Assembly (NCBI RefSeq): GCF_001194135.2 | Contig: NC_068994.1 | Span: forward strand, 60,543,832 to 60,576,134 | Direction: 5' to 3' | DNA: 32,303 nt | From: Octopus bimaculoides | Taxonomy: Eukaryota | Shown here: positions 10,633 through 22,184 of the stretch, in pieces | Position numbering within the stretch: position 1 is the stretch's first letter | How the letters are laid out: the number at the start of each line of letters is the position of its first letter | Translations under genes and position numbers: made by a program | Notes under the pieces: model-generated | Database searches by the model: none | What the model was told of the DNA's origin: nothing | Seen by the model: the letters and a program-made list of their open reading frames with translations, nothing else

Positions 10633-11849
10633 TATATCAACCAATCACAAAGAGGTTCCCTTGTTAGATTCCTGATTGAATGATTTAACCACTCAGTGAA
10701 CTCTGTGATATAATTCAAAAATGGAATAAATTGGTTTACCATGAAGAAAAGTCTAATGTTTATCAGAGGGAGTTGTTTTATGGTGATACAAGTAAGTTCT
10801 TGCAGCAAATTCGACCAGAAATTACCAAAGCACATCAGCTGTAACAAGTTTTCAACCAAGGAGCTTAGACTTAATAGTCTAGTCTTCATTAGAAAATTCT
10901 TTCTAGTGAACAAAAAGTGAAGATTCTCTGTAATAAAGCAATCAAATTGTTCATTATAAAATTCCTAACTATCTTAAGTACCAGAATTACATATTCTAAG
11001 CTTTAATACCTCCGTCCACACTCGCTGCTGAACATGGAAAGTTATGACAAATATGTTAAACAATTGTAGTGAATGATACATCAGCTGATTGAAGCTGTTC
11101 AACTGACAAGCTGTTTAGTAGATTACGTGACAGAGATCTAATCCTACAAAAGTTTACTAGTTCTTCTTCTTCTTATTATTATTATCGTACACATTATGTG
11201 ACTTGTTTATCCACTGCTATGAGAATGTAAAAGGATATCCAGGATTTTACTAGTTTTATGATGTTAAATTCACTTTTAAATGGTTTCCTCTACTATATAA
11301 AAAAACATGCTAAGTATTGATCTTGCTGCTCATAACAGTGAATAATATCTTATTAAGGAGATAAGAGACAATTTTGAAGTAAGCTCTTGGCTTTAATAAT
11401 GTGATTTTAGAGTTAGAAATTCCTGAGGTAGTGGTTTTCCTGAGATAGTACAATTTTATTCAAGAACAGACTTATCTCGTTCTTTTTTTTTTTTTTTCAC
11501 ATCATGACGATGGATCAAAGCAATTTCCCTTAAAAGCATTTGAGTTTAGGATATCTTTACATATTTTTTTAAAACTCTGAATCAATGAAATAAATGGAAA
11601 TAAATAGAAAGTTAAGAAAAATTCCAAATCCTAACTGCTGTTTTAATTTTCTTCTTGTAATACCTTTTATGGTCATTTGGTCAGGACTTGTGTTTGAGAT
11701 TGCTCTAGTACAGTGACCAACTCAACATCTATAATTATAACAATCAGCTTGGCATAGCAGAGCAGATGTTTTGATTTCAAACATACATACACACACTGCC
11801 TATTATATTGCTAATTTCCTGTTCATATTATTGAAAGTACCACACATGT

Positions 11850-11850
<1 letters not shown>

Positions 11851-11928
<78 letters not shown>

Positions 11929-11946
11929 ATCTCTCTCTCTCTCTCG

Positions 11947-11989
<43 letters not shown>
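11851..11989. repeat. (CT)n microsatellite with two CGCTAT interruptions
   Basis: Direct reading. Confidence 0.98.
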
Positions 11990-11992
<3 letters not shown>

Positions 11993-12172
11993 ATTCTAAA
12001 TTTAATCTAATACTGAAGGTCTCTCAGAGGTTTCTCATCTGCCCTGGCATTTTGAATAATGGCAATATCAATTTTAATGACAAACATGAGGATGTTGCAT
12101 TTTCTCTTTCACTTCCTACATTCATTGTTTGCTCTTTCTCTCTCCATTTTTGTCTTTGCACTCTCATCATAA

Positions 12173-12244
12173 CATAAAGGGAGCTGTTCATGGGTTAACC
12201 ATGTGCTTTTGTGCTTGGTTAACCCATGAACAGCTCCCTTTATG
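12173..12244. repeat. Perfect 29-bp inverted repeat with a 14-nt loop
   Basis: CATAAAGGGAGCTGTTCATGGGTTAACCA (12173-12201) and TGGTTAACCCATGAACAGCTCCCTTTATG (12216-12244). Confidence 0.97.
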
Positions 12245-12361
12245 CTATAATGTGCTTTTGTGCTTTACTATTAATACAGGAAGTTAGCCCTTCAAAGAGA
12301 TATACATGTATATGTGTTTGTGTGTGTTTGTATACAGAGGCAATTAAGTGGATCAACAAAT

Positions 12362-13432
12362 TCATCATCATTTAACATCCGTTTTCCATGCTGGCATGGG
12401 TTGGACGGTTCGACTGGGGTCTGGGAAGCCAGGAGGCTGCACCAGGCTCCAGTCTGATCTGGCAGTGTTTCTACAGCTGGATGCCCTTCCTAACGCCAAC
12501 CACGCCGTGAGTGTAGTGGGTGCTATTTACATGCCACTGGCACAGGGACCAGAGGAGGCTGGCAACGGCCATGATTGGTTGGTGCTTTTTATGTGCCACC
12601 GGCACGGAAGCCAGTCAAGGTGGCACTGGCATCGGCCACGTTCGGATGGTGCTTTTTATATGCTACTGGCACAGGTATCACAACTACAATTTCCATTTGA
12701 TTTTCATTGTGATGTTAATGTGCTTGACTCAATAGGTCTCCTCAAGCACAGCAGGTTGCCCTACGATCCAAGGTACTTTGAATGGGCTGGGGCTGGTTAT
12801 GCGAAACTGGTGTAGGATACAGCCGTGAACTTACTTTATTTGCCGGGTCTTCTCAGTCACAGCATATCTGCAGAGATCTTGGTCTTTTGTCATTGCCTCT
12901 GTGAGGCCCAACGTTCGAAGGTCATGCTTCACCACCTCATCCCATGTCTTCCTGGGTCTACCTCTACTCCGGATTCTTTCAACTGTTTGGGAGTGGCACT
13001 TCTTCCCACATCTCTCCTCATCCATTCGTAGTACATGACCAAACCAGCGCAAACGTCTCTCTTGCATGCCACATCTGATGCTTCTTATGTCCAACATTTC
13101 TCTCAGGGTGCTCACACTCTGTCGTGTGTGCACACTGACATTACACATCCAGCAGATCATGCTAGCTTCATTTCTTTCAAGCCTACACATGTCTTCAGCA
13201 GTCAAGGCCCAATTTCACTGCTGTGAAGCATGGCAGTTTGCTCACATGCATCGTACAATCTACCTTTAACTCTGAACTAGAGGCCCTTTGTCACCAGTAG
13301 GGGTAGAAGCTTTCTAAACTTTACCTAGGCTATTCTTATTCTAGTGGTAACACTGAGCATCCACCCCCACTACTAACTTGGTCACCTAAGTAGCAGAAGC
13401 TATCAACTATTTCTAGTTTCTCCCCCTGGAGT
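12362..13432 (-). mobile_element. RTE-clade LINE 3' fragment with complete 3' UTR and (GAT)n tail
   Basis: Minus ORF TAEDMCRLERNEASMICWMC...RRLRWFGHVLRMDE...GRPRKTW. The 3' UTR carries GTGGTTGGCGTTAGGAAGGGCATCCAGCTGTAGAAA and ends in TTAAATGATGATGA at ~12362. Confidence 0.93.
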
Positions 13433-13689
13433 GTGATATAAAATAATACTTTGAGCATGAAACAGAAAACAAGTATATATGTACACATGCAAAATGAGAG
13501 AAAGCAAAAGATGGAGACTTTCAGACAATAAACATATAGATATTTATATTAATAGATCCAACCTACACATAATACAAACACAGAAATCTGTTAACATAAA
13601 TATCTATATGTTTGGATTTAAATATTCAGCTGGTAAATGGCTGATGGGAACAATCCAAATAACATTATAACAACAGCTGTAGAAAGTAA

Positions 13690-16190
13690 TGGCTACATAA
13701 AGACCACAGATCAGATAGTGTGCAAGAAATAAGAAGTCATCTGCTCCTATGCTCCCATCAGGCCTCACATCGATATCCTTGACACCAGCTTTGAACAGAA
13801 ATGATGACAAGGATGGAGACACTGATGTGAGTGAGAGATGTTCCCTTGACTCTACCAATCCACAAGGGAACCCATGAAACCATAAATGAGAGACCTGCCA
13901 AAGAAGGAGGCATCAGCACAAATGGGCCTACAAACACCAATGTGAACAACCAAAGAGATGAAAGAGCTGAAAAAGGTAAAAGGAACAGTAATCAAAGAAA
14001 AAAAAGGGAAACAGAAGCCTCTGATGATGCTACAAATGAAAAGAAGAAAGAAACAAAAGAGAGCTCCCAAGAAAAACAACTAAGAAAAGACAGGCCATAT
14101 GTGAAGTTACAAATAGTTAGGGAGTGCACCAAAGTATGTAAATTCTATCTGCATGGAGATGACAGTGCAAACTGTTGCTTCCTACAGCCAAAACCATGTT
14201 ATACGCAGAACAAAAACTCCCCTCCAAAGGGACCAAAAGACAAAAAAAGACCTCCAAAGGGGAAAAAGTTGCACATCACCAGCATCAAAACAAAAATATG
14301 CTGACGTAGTGTGCAATACGTCAAACAGCCAGCCCTATCCAGAAGCCATTATAAGGGCTGAAGCTGAGCAAAAAGTTTTTTTATGTATGTATGGTACAAA
14401 AGATTGTACAGCAATTGACCTGGCAACATCAATTCCAGGGTTGGAGCCATCCCCGTCAACATACAAGATTGCCACAGCCAATGGATCCATGGTGGCCACC
14501 ACTGGCACCAGCACAGATGTCACATCAATATTCTTTATGAACATCAGAGGACTGTTACGACTCAGTAACAGAGCCAAAATTCCCTTCCTGAGAGACCTTG
14601 TGGCATGCAATCAAGCTCTATGCGTAGCACTCACCAAAACACTCCTAAAACCTGACATCACAGATGCAGAAATAGATGTACCAAAATATTTTGTATTGCA
14701 AAGCGACAGAAAAGACAATAGTCATGGTGAAGTTGCAATATATAACCATGAAGATCTCATGCCTCAGATCCTTTTGCTACACACAAACTTGGGATGACAC
14801 ACTAATTGTACATATAAGACAACTCATTATAGTTATGTGCACTATTTGTTGTCCACCAGATGCTCAGGCAAACTGAAGGAGGGAATAATATGCCTTATTT
14901 ATAAAGGAAGAAACGGAGCAAATGCTAAGAACTATTTGCCTATCTCTCTAACTTCACATATCAGTAATGTCATAGAAAGAATAGTCTGAAGGAAACTAAT
15001 TGCATTCTTTGAAGAGAATGGTTTGCTGACTGACACCCAGCATGGATTTCAATCAGGTAGAAGCTGCCAGACACAGCACTTGAAGCATTACAAGTGGGTG
15101 TTAAAGCAGTTTCTCCACAACTCAAATGTGAATGTCATATATCTCGACTTTGCAAAAGCCTGTGATAAAGTCAACCATGGTCTGATATGTGACAAGCTGC
15201 ATAATCTTGGCATAGTCAGAAAACTTATAGAGTGGCGACCTTCCTTCCTAAAAGATAGAAGTAAGGTAGTGGTGGCCAAGAGGGCTACCTCCAAAGAAAT
15301 GCAAAGAATGAGTGGTGTTCAACAAGGCATTGTCTTGGGGCCACTGCTATTCATAGTGGCCCTCACAGACATGCCCTCTGCTACTCAGATAGCCATCCTT
15401 GCTAGCTATGCAAATGATACAAAAGTCTCTCAGAGAATACAGAACGCTGGAGAGTTGGAGGCAATATACAGGTGGGCTAAGGACAATAACATGCAGTTTA
15501 GTGCTGGAAAATTCCAAGTCCTGCACTACCAACACATGAAGCTGAATGAAAAGCGGACAGGATACACTGACCCATGAGGGATTGCAATCCCTGAATCAAA
15601 TCAGTTCATGACTTGGGTAATGATATGAGTATGTGACAGGAGTAACGATGCATCTCTTCAGGTGCATATTACTAAGGTGGCAATAAAATGCAGACGGTTG
15701 GATGGATGGATCCTTAGGACTTTCAGAATGAGAGAGCAAAAGAGCATGACGTTCCTTGGAGGACATTTGTTTTCAGTCATTTAGATTACTTCTCCCAAAT
15801 ATGGCCAGTACACAGTTTAAAATTAACGATGAAATTTGAAGCAATCCAGCAAAGCTACACAAAAATTGTTTCAATGTGACATGTCAGCTACTAGGAGAGA
15901 TTGAAAAAGATAGACTCTACTCCCTAGAAGGAAGTAGTAGAGATATGCAACGATATACATCTGGAAAATCCTTGAAGAACTTGTACTAAACTTTGGCACT
16001 GAAAGTTACACAAACAGCAAAATGAGGTACCATTGCAAAATACCAAAATTCCCAACATTGCCATCAGGATACAAGACCAGCTGGTGGCCAAGATCAAGGA
16101 GGTGTTCAAAATCTTTCCAAAGGGTATAGTGAAGAATACATGCACCAGGTTCTGCAGCCGTCTTGAGGCTAAGGTTGTGGAGAAAGCTGA
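13690..16190 (+). mobile_element. CR1/L2 (Jockey-group) LINE relic: ORF1 with degenerate CCCH finger, APE endonuclease start, internal deletion, RT
   Basis: CKFYLHGDDSANCCFLQPKPC at ~14137. FFMNIRGL...VALTKTLLKPDITDAEI...DRKDNSHGEVAIY (APE N-terminus, 14530-14750). NYLPISLTSHIS, QHGFQSGRSC, IYLDFAKACDKV, GVQQGIVLGPLLF, YANDTK (decayed YADD). The 5' boundary is approximate. Confidence 0.88.
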
Positions 16191-16202
16191 GGGTGGCTAT
16201 TA

Positions 16203-16213
16203 TACATATACAT

Positions 16214-16246
<33 letters not shown>

Positions 16247-16335
16247 TAAAGAGATAGAGAGATAGATAGATAGAGAGATAGCTAAATCGATAGATACATG
16301 CATATATATATATATCAATAGATACATGCATATCG
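16203..16335. repeat. (TA)/(GA)/(GATA) compound microsatellite
   Basis: Direct reading. A (TG)/(CA) tract follows at 16510-16560. Confidence 0.9.
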
Positions 16336-16337
16336 AT

Positions 16338-16498
16338 ACTCTCTGAGTGGTTGGCATTAGGAAGAGCATCCAGCTGTAGAAACTCTACCAAATCAGATTG
16401 GAGCCTGGTGTCGCCTCCTGGTCCACCAGTCCTCAGTCAAATCGTCCAACCCATGCTACCATGGAAAGCGGACGTTAAATGACGATGATGATGATGAT
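16338..16498 (+). mobile_element. Severely 5'-truncated RTE copy (terminal domain and (GAT)n tail only)
   Basis: GAGTGGTTGGCATTAGGAAGAGCATCCAGCTGTAGAAA...GGACGTTAAATGACGATGATGATGATGAT, homologous to 12362-12520 (minus) and 24700-24836. Confidence 0.9.
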
Positions 16499-16527
16499 AT
16501 GTACATACATGTGTGTGTGTGTGTGTG

Positions 16528-16565
<38 letters not shown>

Positions 16566-16814
16566 TATTAATGATTGTTATGTCAAGTTTTTTAAAAAAA
16601 TTGTATTAAACTGAAAGATTTCCCAACAGTTTTCTTACAGTATATATTTAGTATTCTTTTATAAGAATAGTGCTGACAGACTTTGAAGGTTGGACTTACT
16701 AGACTTCATTGGACTGCAGTACATGAGTTCATCTTGGCTTTAGAAAGTCCGTTAAGTTTATTTTTCTGGTGTAGACAGAACTATATTGAATGATAATTTG
16801 GTTGAAAGGTCCAC

Positions 16815-17205
16815 TGGGAAGATCATAAAAAATCCCCTTTTTGATAGCAAGGGTATCATCTACATCCACTGGGTTCCTTCTGGGCAGACAGTCAACAAAG
16901 AGTATTTTTTAGAGGATTTCAAAGAGTGTATGAAGAGATTTCATCACAAAAGACCAGAAAACCTGTACCAGGACACACTTCCATCTTGGTAACAAAGATG
17001 GGCATCAAAACTGTCCCTCACCATCATTACAGTCCAGACCTTGCACCCTGTGAGTTTTGGTTGTTCCCCAAACTAAAGGGGAAGATAAAGGAGGCTGTGA
17101 TAAGGGTCCTGAACACCTTCAATTTGGATGACTTCTGTGGGGCCCTCAGAAATTGGCTGGAACACTACAACAGGTTCATTGAAGTCAGAAGATCCTACTT
17201 TTGAA
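16815..17205 (+). mobile_element. Mariner transposase relic (catalytic C-terminal half)
   Basis: LFDSKGIIYIHWVPSGQTVNKEYF and HHHYSPDLAPCEFWLFPKLK (YSPDLAP motif), ending RRSYF. Confidence 0.9.
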
Positions 17206-17259
17206 AGAGATATATATAGCAGCATACGTACACCTTGTCTCTTATATATATATATATAC

Positions 17260-17644
17260 CTTCCCTTCATTGGACACTAAACTCCGCTTGCGAAGACCTG
17301 TTGAGGCAAGTGAAATCGAAATCGAACTAAATTCGACGACTGGCACCCATGCCAATGTCATCTCCTTCATTGGACACGAAACTCAGCTTGCGAAGACTTA
17401 TTGGGGTAAGCAAAAGCGAAATCGGGATGATACCTGTGCCCAGCGTCGCCTTTCTGGCACTTGTGCCCGCAGCATGTGTAAAGGACTTTCGAGCGAGATT
17501 GTTGCCAGTGTCCCTGGACAGGCTCTTGTGCGGGTGGCACATAAAATACACCATTTTGAGCATGGCCGTTGCCAGTATCGCCTGACTGGCCTATGTGCGG
17601 GTGGCACATAAAAGCACCCACTACACTCTCGGAGTGGTTGGCGT
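17260..17644 (+). mobile_element. RTE 3' UTR fragment with internal sub-repeats, cut by an assembly gap
   Basis: Two copies of CCTTCATTGGACAC.AAACTC.GCTTGCGAAGAC and two of TGTGCGGGTGGCACATAAAA. It ends CACTACACTCTCGGAGTGGTTGGCGT, as in the other RTE tails. Confidence 0.85.
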
Positions 17645-18735
17645 NNNNNNNNNNNNNNNNNNNNNNNNNNNNNNNNNNNNNNNNNNNNNNNNNNNNNNNN
17701 NNNNNNNNNNNNNNNNNNNNNNNNNNNNNNNNNNNNNNNNNNNNTATATATATATATATATAAAGTATATATATGGCGATCTTTCGATACCAGTCCGAAA
17801 TATCGGCTTTTATATGTATGAAAACGTTTAATGTAATCTATTTAAAAAAATATTCAGTAATTCTGTCATCGCTAACACACGTGTGTGTGTGTGTGTGTAC
17901 ATGTGTGCCTTACTAACGAACTTCGAAGTCAGTCAAAAATTTATAATAGATATTAGACATAGCAGGCACACACACGAAATCGTTTATTCAATCAATGTTT
18001 CCTATATTATAAATGTTCTACATATCATTCAAAAATATTTTACACAGAGAAGCACCAGCAGTAAATATAAAAGTAGACACACCTCTATGTCGATTGTCTA
18101 CTGAAAAATATAGAATATATTTACAATAACAGATATAGATGTAGGGACATCCATATATAACCATCGTTGTAGGTGAGGCTTGGAGTGAAAACACCGGGCA
18201 AATCACCATTGAACAATTATTAATTAGTGAATACATATTACTCAGAAAGGTGTGGAGCTAATTCGCGACGATTTATAAACATATCAAGTCAAATACACAA
18301 ACACAATTTATACACACATCTAAACATGAAATCAACACATCTCTGTACGCATCTGCATCTATACATACATCTGTGTCACAATAATAAGATGGGTGCGTCC
18401 TATATTGTGACGAGTGTGTGTGTGCATGTATCTATGTATGGGCGGAGTTTAACTCCGCCATAGACATATGTGTGTGTGCGCGCGCGAAAAGAGGATGTGT
18501 GCGCGTGCGCGTATCATGTATCTTAGAGAGAGAGAAAAACAGTTGATAGTAATATAATTGCTGTTTTATAATTACACAGACATATAAGCATCCATATATC
18601 CAGTCCGCATCCCTCCCCGATCAGCATTTTCTACGCGTACGTGTTCACACACATTTTAGTCAATTGTGCTTTCAAACGAAATGCTAGAACATACATAGTA
18701 AGTGCGTATTTGAAATGTGTGTGTGTGTCACTTAC

Positions 18736-18886
18736 CTTGGCCATGACGAGTCACCCTGGTAGCGGCTGGTCTCTCGGGTACGGGTGGCACGGGACGTGCT
18801 CGGGACTGGCTACGTTCTTCCATGGGTAACTCAATGCTACTAACTTTCTCCTTATCCGGGTAAGGGTCTTGAGACGGGGTCGACAT
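18736..18886 (-). CDS. Probable first coding exon of an unidentified host gene; proline-rich N-terminus MSTPSQDPYPDKEKVSSIELPMEERSQSRARPVPPVPERPAATRVTRHGQ
   Basis: ATG in ACATCATGT context, 50 codons plus 1 nt, then a perfect donor CAAG|GTAAGT (phase 1). The exon is GC/CpG-rich against an AT-rich background, and CpGs are retained in the flanks (17760-19150). Downstream exons were not securely found. Confidence 0.72.
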
Positions 18887-19430
18887 GATGTAGATCCATT
18901 CAGGAAATAAAAGAAAACAGGCAACCACCTTAGTATAGTATATTAGTGTAGCTTATCCTTGTCCTCAGCATGTGCGTTGGTCGTGAAATGTGTGCGTGTG
19001 AGAGAGAGAAAGAGAGTGAATGTGTGCAAGCGAGTGAGAGCGAGACAGAATGTGTGTGTGTCAACAAGGAAATGTGTGGGAATCACAGGCTGAGGCTGTG
19101 TTGTAATATAAGATTTATGAACCGTCTGTGTGCGAGTGCATGGCAGAGAGTGTGAGAGAGTAACGGAGAAAGAGAAGAGTAGGAGGATTACTCTACTCAG
19201 TCAATGTGTGAGAGAGAGAAAGCAAAGCGGAGGGAAAAAGAAGAGAGTGAGGATGGAGAGGAAGAGTGAAAGAGTGTTAAGTAAACAACGAGAAGAAAGT
19301 AACTAAAAAAAGGATGGAGATAATAATGGGTGGGAGTACGAGATTTAAAGTAGATTAACGGGAAAAAAAAACGAAGAGGAAAGAATTAGTGAGATGGAGG
19401 AAAAAGATTTAGTGGAAGAGTTTAAAACTA

Positions 19431-19610
19431 TGTCTAGTTGTTCAACCTCAGCTTAGTTTTGATTGAGTAAACCTATAATCAAAGTGTTCTAACCATGACC
19501 ATCCTGCCTTTTTGTGTATCGTAATCTGCATTGTCCAATGTATTCTTCTTTTATGCTATATTAGGACGATTTAAATGCTATTTCTAGCAAGTCGAACGAT
19601 CGCGATTAGG
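19431..19610 (+). mobile_element. Dispersed SINE-like repeat, copy 2 of 4
   Basis: GATTGAGTAAACCTATAATCAAAG...CCATGACCATCC...TGCTATTTCTAGC aligns by eye with 10470-10632. Confidence 0.5.
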
Positions 19611-20839
19611 GTTTTCTCAGAGATTAAAGAATGCGATGGAGTAGTTTAGACTATTTCAAAAGGGAATAAGAAAAGACAAAATATGCATTCCGAGGGTGGG
19701 AAAAAGAAGGACATTGCCGAATTGATAAAAAGAAAAAAAAAGGAAGTGATAAAACTGTCGATAACAGCAGGGAATGGTAGAAGAAATGTTTACCCCTCAC
19801 TTTTTACCATAGTAAAGATAGATTAGATAGATTACAGATAGGTAATTGAGGGTGAGACAGTATGAAATATTGGCAATAGTGAAATGGGGGAGCGAAGACT
19901 TGTCAGAACAAGCCTAAAAATTGAACTGAAATATTAAATGACATGTCTAGAGTATTGAAAAGATATGACGGAAACACACACAAAATGTGTGTTTAATAAA
20001 CATACAAGGAAAAGAGCGGACTGAAATTTCAGATCAATTGTGGGATTACATTATGTATGTGTATAATCTTTGTCCGTCGTTGTTGACGATGATCAGGACA
20101 TCAGATGGGAGAGATGAGGTACACATCAAGATGTGTGAGAGAGAGATAAGAGTGATATTGAAAGAGTTAAAAGAGAGATACAATCATAGTTTCGACAGTT
20201 ATTTTGACAATTTTCTATCAAGAGTTATGTTTTCTTCCATGACATTACGACTCTCGTGACGGGAAGAGTTGTCAAAATATGATGGGACGAGTAAAAAAAA
20301 ACAACATACTGAAAGAGAGAGAGAGAGATTATATGGCAAACTTTTCTTAATTCAAATTGCTTCATGTTGATATCAAAATAGTTGTTTTTAGATTCATCAG
20401 GTTTTGATGGACAGGTAGGTAAGTTTTCTTTTCGTCCCTCTTTCTGTCTTTCTATTCCATTTTAAAGCAGTTCACTCCTTTCTATCTCTCTCCTTCATTA
20501 CCCTTCTAAGAGGCACTCGTTTGAAAAAATATATGCAAACAATCATATACATAAACACACATTTCTGCATATAAAAAAAAAAACAATATACTCCTTCACG
20601 TATACAGCCCTGACCTACTTTGATCATAACTTTGTTCAAACAAGGCTTACTTAGAGATATAAGTATATATTTTGAATCTCATATAGTTTGAAGTTCTAGT
20701 CTCTGAAAAGCACATCTGATTACAACATCCGAAGGATCCCGATTTCAACTTGATTGAATCTTATCCAGCCTCTATATGTTACCAGCCTATAGAAACATAT
20801 GACAATGTGTCTTATTAAGGACAATCTTTCAAACGATCC

Positions 20840-21012
20840 TAACTGATTGATCGTAAACGACTACATTCTTTTATCTCCTTGGGGATCTTAAATGAAGAGA
20901 AGACACTTTCGATAATGCACTCCTATGTAGTCCCCTAAAAAAGATGGATGGTCACAGCTTGAATGCTTCTCGATCATATGTCATTTCAATTAGGGCTGAT
21001 CTGGGGCCAAAC
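20840..21012 (-). mobile_element. Dispersed SINE-like repeat, copy 3 of 4
   Basis: Minus strand TGTTTGGCCCCAGATCAGCCCTAATTGA...GTGACCATCCATCTTTT...GCATTATC matches the same family. Confidence 0.45.
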
Positions 21013-21469
21013 AGCATTGAGTCTTTCTCTTCTCACTGACCACAAGCATGTCTTTCATAGTGCTTGATATCCTCAGCACCTAGCTTTCTTTTGCAACAAC
21101 AAAACCCTAAACAATAGGCTAAAGTGTTCGCCTTTTTTTTTTTTTTACCTCTTTCATCCTTATGATTGCAAGTTTCTTTAGAGATTGATATGCCACAAAG
21201 ACAATCTCTCACTTATATTCTTTTAAACATGGTTAAGGTTGGTATTGGAGTTAAGATGTAGTATGAGGTAGATTTAGCCATTTCTAAAGATGAGTGGCCA
21301 AACCCAAGTCTCCCTTCACTTATGCTTTCTTGCAGTGTTTGAATATTAAATGGAATATTCATCACTGGAATGTTTTCTGTCATAGGTGTGCTTTATCTGG
21401 ATTGACATGGTGCTAAACATCAACCACTGTGTCATGACAATGAAGGAACCAATCCCTCTACAAATCACA

Positions 21470-21610
21470 GCTTGCTACCTTAGAAAGGGAGAGTCCCATT
21501 CTGCAATGTAATCCTAAATACACATGCTTGAAGAAAAGATGAGATGGTCATGATTGAAATACTTCAAATCACAAGTCTACACAATCAAGGTAAATATGGA
21601 ATGAAACAAC
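21470..21610 (-). mobile_element. Dispersed SINE-like repeat, copy 4 of 4
   Basis: Minus strand CCTTGATTGTGTAGACTTGTG...CATGACCATCTCATCTTTT...GGATTACATT matches the same family. Confidence 0.4.
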
Positions 21611-21949
21611 TATACCAATGAAGACTAGCATGTCAGAAAAGACAAAGCTGGTCTCAATTTAATGAAGGTACAGCACATCCATCACGGATCAATGGATCAC
21701 ACATAATCATTCTTCTATTTACATGTGCCCTAGATTTGATCAATCAAGTCTATCCAACACAAAAATAACAAATATATCAATACCTTGATTTCTTGCTGTC
21801 ATAAAAATTAAAAAGGAAAACAATTTCAATGTTTCAGTATAGCAGACAGCTTGGTAATTATGGTGAAACTGTGAAAAACTAATTAATGTTAATAAAGAAC
21901 TTTGAAGATAATTTAGTCCAGATAAAAGAGTATTATAAAAAAACTCATG

Positions 21950-22080
21950 GTCATAAGGTTGTAGTTTCAATTCCTGGACTGGGTGGCCTGTGGTATCTTT
22001 CAGAAAGGCACTTTTGTGTTGCTGCGGTCTACTGAACTGAAAATAAGTACTAGTTAAGTGCTGGTACAGCCCACTGAGAA
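21950..22080 (+). mobile_element. Degenerate tRNA-derived SINE remnant
   Basis: GGTTGTAGTTTCAATTCCTGG (B-box-like), followed by a body resembling that of 31665-31805 and ending AAAATAAGTACTAG. Confidence 0.35.
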
Positions 22081-22184
22081 ACTATCTTTGTTTGCTTGTG
22101 ATTACAATTAGTAAAAGTACTGTACATGTTATCAAGTGAAATTCATGTGAAAGTGATGGTAAGAGTCAATCAGGTGGCTCTGCT

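Noticed and set aside
9330-11700. Possible ancient DNA-transposon (hAT-like) relic; IPPSTLAAE at ~10988 faintly recalls the hAT dimerisation motif
   Set aside because: Many stops, no clear catalytic motifs and no matching TIRs found by eye. It needs a profile-HMM search on all six frames.
16697-16790. Minus-strand donor-like CTA|GTAAGT as a second exon of the candidate gene
   Set aside because: Both candidate acceptors give an immediate or early stop in the required phase.
17645-17744. ORFs spanning the 100-N gap
   Set aside because: Artefacts of unknown bases.
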